Origin: Lama guanicoe
Lineage: Eukaryota
Length of the DNA: 64,000 bases
Direction: 5' to 3'
Assembly (NCBI GenBank): GCA_013239625.1
Contig: MU053994.1
Span: 3,291,589-3,355,588, forward strand
Shown one piece after another: positions 55,925 through 64,000 of this stretch (positions within the stretch are counted from its first letter, which is position 1; every line of letters starts with the position of its first letter). The position numbers and the translations under genes are program-made. The notes below the pieces were generated by a model, which was not told where the DNA came from, ran no database searches, and saw nothing but the letters and a program-made list of their open reading frames with translations.

Positions 55925-56702
55925 GTTTTACTGAGGTATAGTTACCATACAATTAATCGTGTTATATGTAAAATGTACGATTTGATAAGTTTTGACATAT
56001 GTATACAAATATAAAACCATCACCTACAATCATAATGAACATACCCATCACTCTCTAAAGCATCTTTGTGCCTCTTTGTCACCCCCCTCCCTATCCCCAG
56101 GCAACCACTGATCTACCCTCTGTTACTTTGCATTTTCTAGAATTTGATATAAATGGAATAATACAGTATGTATTCATTATTGTCCAGCTTCTTGCACTAA
56201 AGCATAAATATTTTAACTTCATCCATGTTGTGGCAGGTATCAATAGCTCATTTCTTTTTATTGCCGAGGGGTATTCGATTATATGGTGTACTATAACTTG
56301 TTTATTCATTCACCTGTTGATGGACCCTGGGTTATTCCCAATTTTTGGCTATTTTGTATAAAGCTGCTATGTACATTAATGTATAAGTCTTTGTATGGAC
56401 ATGTTTCATTTCTCTAGGGGAAATACTTAGGAGTAGAATGGCAGGGTCATTTTATAGGAATACGTTTAACTTTTTAAGAAACTGCCCGACAGTTTTCCAA
56501 AGTGGTTGTACCATTTTACATTCCCAGAGCAGTGTATGAGTTCCAATTGTTAAACATCCCCACCAACATTTGGTATGGTCAGTCCTTTTGAGTTTAGCCA
56601 TTTTGATACATGTGTGTATAGGTATCTTATTGTGGCATTAGTTTGTATTTCTCTAATGACTAATGATGTGAGCATCTTTGCATGTGCTTATTTGCCATCT
56701 GG
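55925..56702 (-). mobile_element. Old L1M (MB-like) 3' fragment
   Basis: Peptide IEYPSAIKRNELLIPATTWMKL on the minus strand. Confidence 0.85.
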
Positions 56703-57915
56703 GTACTATATAAATGCTTGCAAATAAAGTCCAAGATCACATTATTTGTAACTAAAATTTCTCCTTGCACATGAACCACTTATAAAATCAATGTTTTGGT
56801 ATCATGTACTTACAAAATTTATTTTTGAACTTAAATGTATGATTTTACAGTTAGTCCTGTCAAAGCTTCATCTTATTATCAGTGAAAATTCCTAAAGAAT
56901 GAATATAAGCAATTTAAAATTTATTTTCTATATTAATGACTAATAGTAACAAGAGTTCCCTGGAGAGCAAAATGATCTTTTTCTTGAGTACATACAACAC
57001 TTAAATGTCAAAACAGAGTGACTCCAATTTTCATTTCTGCTAGATTTTATGTGCTAAACATCTTAGAAATGATTTCATTATCTTTAGGGACTTAACCTCC
57101 TTTTCGTGCACTGAGCCAAAACAGATCCACCAATACAGAAGACAGAAGAATTTATCAAATAATTAACTAGCAGGGAAAAGGATAAAATTACTATTTTAGA
57201 ACAAACAATGGAATCTTTTAACGGATTGTATAATGTTACTATTTGTGGATTGCAAATTTTAATTGTGTCATGTCTGGTGATCTTTAATTTAAACATTCAC
57301 TGAAGAACAAACATCAAAATGGACTTTGCATTATTTTTTGAATGAAAATTGTTTTGGATCATGGTGAAATACAGGGGCAAAACCACAGGGAAGGTCTTAA
57401 AAACAAAAAGAAAAAAAAACCCAAAAGGTACTGAATGGAATAGTAGAAAGACAATGGCTTTGGAGTCAGAAAAACTTAAGTTCAAATTCTGGGTCATTTA
57501 GGTATTAGCTGCATGACCTTACACTGTCTCAGTATCAGTTGTGCCTTTTTGTAAACTAATTTTATAGGATTGTTATGAAGATTAAATGAGATGCTGTATA
57601 GGTCCATGTTTGGTTTTCCTGAGTTTTAATAATGACTTTTATTAATCAAGACATGGAAATCTCTGATATAAAGTAATTTAGTAGCTTTTTAAAGTGTGTG
57701 TATGTGTATGTGTGAACAAATAGTTCACTAAATAAGTTTGGCTATTTTCTAACTGAAAACATGTTCCTATCACATAAGAAAAAAGGTAAAAGTGGAACAG
57801 TAAAAATTACACAGGACCAAACCTGTGACCATCTCTAATTATTTTTATTTATTCACTTTATTTCCAAAAGAGGTGAACCAAGTTACAGCATGTTTTTGAA
57901 TAAAGAGTGTAAGGC

Positions 57916-58313
57916 CCATAAAAACCGACAACATAACGCCATTTGCAGCAACATGGATGCTCCTAGAGAATGTCATTGTAAGTGAAGTAAGCCAGAAAGA
58001 GAAAGAAAAATACCATATGAGATCGCTCATATGTGGAATCTAAAGACTCATGGACAGAGAATACAGACTTGTGGTTACCAGGGGGGTAGAGGGTGGGAAG
58101 GGATAGACTGAGATTTCAAAATTGTAGAATAGATAAACAAGATTACACTGTATAGCACAGGGAAATATACACAAAATGTTGTGATAACTCACAGAGAAAA
58201 AAATGTGACAATGAGTGTGTATATGTCCATGAATGACTGAAAAATTGTGCTGAACACTGGAATTTGACACAACATTGTAAAATGATTATAAATCAATAAA
58301 AAATGTTAAAAGA
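57916..58313 (+). mobile_element. Young 5'-truncated L1, near-identical to the copy at 8046-8678
   Basis: 14-bp TSD aaagagtgtaaggc at 57902-57915 and 58314-58327. Confidence 0.95.
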
Positions 58314-61300
58314 AAAGAGTGTAAGGCTGCTATGTTCAGATAGTAGCCACTAGGTGAGATATATTTACATATTTATAGAATTTAAATATAATATAGTAAA
58401 GTAATACATATTTAAATATAATTAAACATTCAGTTCTTCGTTGTACTAGACACATTTCAAACGCTACACAGCCAACATGTGGCTAGTCTCTACCTCATTA
58501 GACAGTGCAGATATAAACACTGCCCTTGTGGCAGAAAATTCTTATCAGACAGTGCTAATAGGGGGTCTTTCACTATTACTAGTACTGAGTTGAGGATAAA
58601 ATCTAACTGAATTTTGCTTAAAATGAAATTGCTCAACATTTTAGGAACAACGTAACATAAAATTTTTCCACTGCTATTTAAAAAAAAAAAGGGGGGGATT
58701 TCATTCCCTTCCTCAGACCGTTTGTAAAGTCTTTGCATGTAGCAGAACTGAGATCAAGCCTCTGGCTGATGTCTAATGTGTATGGGGGTGTGTGTGTGTG
58801 TGTTGGGGGAGAGAGAGAGAGTAAGAGAGAGATAGAAGGAGAAAGACAGAAAGAGACAGGGCCTTGGGAAAGTAGCTTGAAAGATACAAGTCATGTCTGG
58901 ATTCTAGAGCAAGAAGAGGCATTGGAGCTGATTTTTTAAAGCATCCCTTATTCCATAGAATAAACTCTTCTTTTTCCAAAGTCTACTTTTTTACTTAGAG
59001 TTCTTGATAACAAGGAAATTGATGACTCAAAAGTGAAGCAACAGAAGATTGAAAGCTGGAGAAAGAAGGTTGACTGTGGAGGGATCCCAGGACTTGAGGG
59101 GGTGATCCCGTGGTGATTATTGCTGGGATTTTTTTTTTTTGCCCCCTAACAAATCCTTGCCTGAGTGTGAGAGGAAATTCCAACGACACGGAGCACAGAC
59201 AAAATGACCCCCAAGAAAAGCCTCCTCTTTCTAGCCAGAGGACTGAGAAGAGGTTGGCTCTGCAGGACAGAAGCCTTTCGACTTCACTCCCTAGCCCAGT
59301 TAGGAAGACGAGGTCCTCCCTCTCAGAACCCTTTCCACCAAACCAGCCCTGCCTGTAGCAAACAAGGGCAAAGGGGCGGCACCCCACGCCCTAGAGAGCA
59401 GGGAGGGAGCGGGGAAGGAGGTAGCTCTGGCACATCCCCAGTATACCCCAGTGTAAAACCAACTACAACCAACTGAGCAAGAGCTTTGAGACTAAACTAT
59501 GGTTATGAAGTGCCTCCCAGGTTCCAAACAAACTTCTGGGTAGCACACAAGTGGAACAAACCAGATTGAGTGCTGCAAAGGCGCTGAAAATGAAACTGGC
59601 ATTTGAATTACAGCCCATGTAAGTGGGCCAGGACATGTGTTCTGAATCTAATTGGGTTAACTGCCTACCAAAAGAGGAGATTTAAATAGGAATCATAGAC
59701 TCCTAACAAAATAATACTAAAAATGTCCAGCACGTTATCCAAACTTACTCTTCAGAGGAAGAACCAGGAAAATCTCAACTAAATTAAATCTAAATTTCAA
59801 AAGTTTAAAATAAATCACTTCCACTCTACATGTTTAAACCTCCTATGGGTTTCCTAATTCCAAATATCTCGAATCACTCATCAGTTTCCCTTCCTTAATC
59901 GCTCTCAGTCTGGGTATTTCTTTCCCACTCCCACTTTTACGCCCTGGTCGAGGCCCCTGTCACTTCCTGACTGAACGGTCACGGTTTCTACAGGATCTCT
60001 TTGCCGCTACTGCTTGCATCCCGACAGGCAACCCACCTGCATACAGCGTCCAAAGAATGATATGAGCACGCTGCTTGCCTGCATCATCACTCAAGGCTTG
60101 CAGTGGCTTTTTACTCTCTATACCCTGATGTCTAAAGGACCTCATTTGGCATTCTAGACTGATATATTCTTCCCTCAAACCAAATTCTCAGTCTCCTACT
60201 GCTATAACCCTCCTAATAGCTGACACTTGTATTGTACCAGCGTTTCCTGCCCCCACCCCCCAGGCCCTGAATACTTGTAATGCTTTGACTGTGCGCCCCT
60301 GTATTTCTTGTCCGGGGCACACAGCCCTCTTCAGTTCCATGAACATGCGTGGCCTGTCCTGGAGCTGGAACCTGGGGTGACCTCTCATGCCCCCATTAGT
60401 CTTCCTGTGGCCACACCTCTGTACTCCTGTGTGGTGCTTCTCATGTACAACTTCTGTGAGGTTATTTTTCTGTGTCTTCATGTTATATTAACATCATTTG
60501 AAAATTCATGTCACGATCTGACTATGCCTTTCTTTCTCTAACAGACTGGGAAGTTTAGTACATAGCAGACTGTGGATGCTATTTCTAGTGAACACCTTTT
60601 CTGCTCACCGTTCACTAAGGCGAAGTGGAGAGAGAGATAAGGACACAGTCAAAAAATATGTGTTTAATAAAATTATGCTTAAATGATGATTCCTGATATT
60701 CTCTAAGCAGATGAAAACACAAGATTAAAAAAAAGTCTATTAAGGTACCTCTTACCAGAGAACAGATAAATAATAACAACCCCAAGGCATTCTAAAAATG
60801 AGGCAAAAGAGTAAAAATAATATTTTTCTGCATTAAATAGTCCTACCTGAAACTAACAGTAATGTGGTAGGAATTCAGAAAAACATCTGCAGCAGTGTGT
60901 CTTGCACTTTAAAAGTGCTTGGTTCACTGTCCCTTGTGCATACCAAATGCTGAATATACATTTAATTTGTGTGTTGATCGACTTTTCCGAAATCCAAATT
61001 GATTAGCTGGATATAAATACCCTTTTCATGCTGTATTACAGTCAATATACTTGGGGGTCTACATATTAAGGCTATAAAGGGTGGGAAAAGACCTCAATCA
61101 TCTATGAGAAAATTATAATCTGAGTTGGTCTTACTTTTGTTGGGATGGATAGTTATAGCCAACAGCAATAATTTAGATAAAAATGTTAAACAGGTATAAT
61201 TTAACAACCACAAGACATTCACATATTAATCAGTCTATCTACTCAAATTCTATTTTTTTATATAGTATGATTGAATAGGACATTTTGTGTGTGTGTGTGT

Positions 61301-62071
61301 GGTTTACCAAAGAAATAATTCCTTTTTTTTTTTGACACAAAGCAATGGTGTCATGACTTTGGGTACTCTTCATTACAAGAATTTTTATCATTTTATTTCT
61401 TGACTTTGCAGTTATTCAGGAGTTTTTCATATTTAAACCATAGCTTAAATTTTAGTCATTGTTAAATTACCACCACTTATATCCAAAGAAATGATTTAAA
61501 AGTAAACATGGAAAAGAACTGAAATATAAGCCTGTTCTCATCAGCTAGATAAAATTCTCATTGAATTTTTCCATCTTCAGATGACATACTGCAGTGAAGA
61601 AGGTAAACTGTACTTCAGACATGGCATGTGGCACCAAACTCAAACAGCCTTCTGGAATGTTTTCATTTAAGTTACTGACATTTTTTTGTCTTTTGTCTTT
61701 TGTCTTTCCGGTACCAGAAATCTATTATGTGTTAAGCTCAGATGATTTGGAACCAGAACTATAATCATTGCAGGGATAAAGGTTTCCAAAAATAAATGTT
61801 ATTAGTCAAGACATGCAAGATAATGAAAGCCAAATTTTCTAAAGGATCTTAAAAATGACTAATATGGTTGCCATTTTCACTGTTATTTGGCATTTAAATT
61901 AGCTTCAAATGAACAAAAGACCCCATTACGGAGAAACTGAGAAAGGCAAAGAAAAAATTGGAGTCCCCCTAAACTTTATTTCTGGGAGAAAAAAAGTATA
62001 AGAAAGTATCTCAGAACTGTTTACCCACTCTTTTCTGGGAGAAGTCAGGATTAACAACAACTGGGGAAATT

Positions 62072-62429
62072 CAGAAAGAGAAAGAAAAATACCATATGAG
62101 ATTGCTCATATGTGGAATCTAAAAAAAAATATAAAATATAAATACAAAATAGAAACAGACTCATAGACATAGAATACAAACTTGTGGTTGCCAAGGGGGC
62201 AGGGGGTGGGAAGGGACAGACTGGGATTTCAAAATGTAGAATAGATAAACAAGATTACACTGTATAGCACAGGGAAATATATACAAGATCTTGTGGTAGC
62301 TCACAGAGAAAATAATGTGACAATGAGTATATATATGTTCATGTATAACTGAAAAATTGTGCTCTACACTGGAATTTGACACAACATCGTAAAATGATTA
62401 TAACTCAATAAAAATGTTAAAAAAAAAAA
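62072..62429 (+). mobile_element. Young L1 3' end
   Basis: Same 3'UTR family with polyA; no TSD recognised. Confidence 0.9.
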
Positions 62430-62649
62430 GAATGACTAGAACTGAGTATCAGAGGGTTGAATGCAGATTTGAGAAGTAATATTCTTAAGAAGGATCAAGA
62501 TCCACTGGAATCTTAACATAATATTATTATTCCATGTCATCACCATTAAGATACATTAGTAATCTGCATTTTAATATATATTATTATTTTGCATAATTTC
62601 CAGGAAAGTAGCACGGTATAGTAAAACGAACATTTACTCATTTATTCTT

Positions 62650-63760
62650 TAAATTATGAACTAATATTTATGAGCACCTACTACGTGTCAGACACTTTGA
62701 AAGGTTCGACACAGAAGTGAACCAACAGCCCCAAATTCCCATGCTTACGCAGCTTATACGTTACGGGAGTAGACAGACAAACAAGGAAGCAAAACATAAG
62801 TGTGTCTTATGGTGACAAATGCTGTGGAGAAAACTAGGGCAGGGAAGGAGGGCAGGGAATACTGTTGACAGGGATATTCCTTCTCTCAAATTTGAAATTG
62901 AGTGGCCAAGGAAGATGTTGCTAAGAAGCTGCTAATCTAGGCAAAGACCTGAAGATGGTGAGGGAACAAGCCACGGAGAGATCTGGGGGGAGAGCATTCT
63001 AGGGAAAGGGCCTGGCTAACGCAGAGGCACTGAGGCAAGTATGTGGCCGCTGTCTGAGGGACAGCGAGGAGGCCAATGTGACGGAACAAAGTGAGAAGAG
63101 GAGAGTAGTAAGGGTGAAATCAGAGAGGTATCAGGGAGCAAAACTGTATGCTAAACTAAGACAGAACACGTCAGGGGAGAGGCCTCGCCCAGAAGTGCAA
63201 ATTCAGCAGTCAGTAGGGTACAGTGGCAGTTAAAGCCATTAAAACTAGATGACGTCCCCACGGGTCTGAGTGGAGGCAGAGGGGTGGAGGAGGGGCAGGG
63301 ACAGGGCTGTGGCATTTCATGGCAAAGAGGTGGGTGAGGGGAGGCGAGGAAGAAGCAGCACCATCTGAGAAGGAGCAGCCAGAGAGTTGGAGGCGAAGCC
63401 AGGAGAGCGAGGTGTGCCGACTCCAAGGGAGGACAGCGTTTTGGGAGGACAGATGTCAAAGGTTGCTCATGTGCCAAGAGGGAGAAGCCTGAGATTTGAG
63501 TGCTGGACTGTGTAGTGTGAAGCTCATTAGTGACTTGACAAGGGCCGTTTCAGTGGAGTTGGTAGGACAGCAATCCTGACTAGGGTGGGTCTTTCAAGAG
63601 AAATAGATGGGAGAAACTGAAGAAAGTGTGTACAGATAACTTTCTAGAAGTTTTGCTGCCAAGGGGAGCAGAGAATAGGGGCAGAAGCTGGAGCGGGTTG
63701 CGGGGTCAGGAGAAGATGTGTGTATTTAGTAAGAATGAACTGTAGCTTGTTAAATCCAAC
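62650..63760 (-). mobile_element. L2 fragments
   Basis: tttatgagcacctactacgtgtcagacac...gtgacttgacaagggccgtttcagtggag; approximate. Confidence 0.65.
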
Positions 63761-64000
63761 AGGGATAGGAAGCTGGTGATGCAGGGTAGGGGAAATGCTG
63801 GAGCGGTGAATAAGTGAACTGGATGGGGTCTGGAGTGCGAAGGAAAGTTGTAAATTTCTTTAACACTCGTTGGCAAGATGGGATATAAAAAGAACTTTTA
63901 AAATCTGCCTTTTTCCAAAGACAATATATCCACACCCAGTAACTACTGAAATAAAAATAATGCTATAAAGTATACAGTCACATCCAAAATAAAGATAATT

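Noticed and set aside
58995..59760. ORF cluster and GC-richer patch
   Set aside because: Looks like a decayed L1 5' region or other old repeat; no splice or coding support

Overview
AT-rich mammalian genomic DNA. It is probably camelid (inferred from the young L1 3' ends and short tRNA-derived SINEs), and CASK is X-linked in eutherians. The whole window lies inside CASK, transcribed on the minus strand. Seven coding exons are readable with GT-AG boundaries; by comparison with the human protein from memory they are exons 9-15, covering the end of the CaMK-like region, an 18-nt microexon, both L27 domains and the start of the PDZ domain. The rest is intron filled with L1, L2, MIR, MER DNA transposons, MaLR/ERVL LTRs, SINEs and microsatellites. 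The most interesting unexplained signals are small exon-like units in the introns. Three end in or near an ATG followed by a consensus 5' splice site in frame with the next exon (introns 9, 12 and 13), and could make kinase-less CASK isoforms or a poison exon. There are also a candidate second microexon, a recursive-splice-site motif, two CTCF-like motifs and a perfect 83-bp tandem duplication. These are hypotheses from sequence alone and some may already be annotated. Repeat family names and old-repeat boundaries are by-eye estimates.
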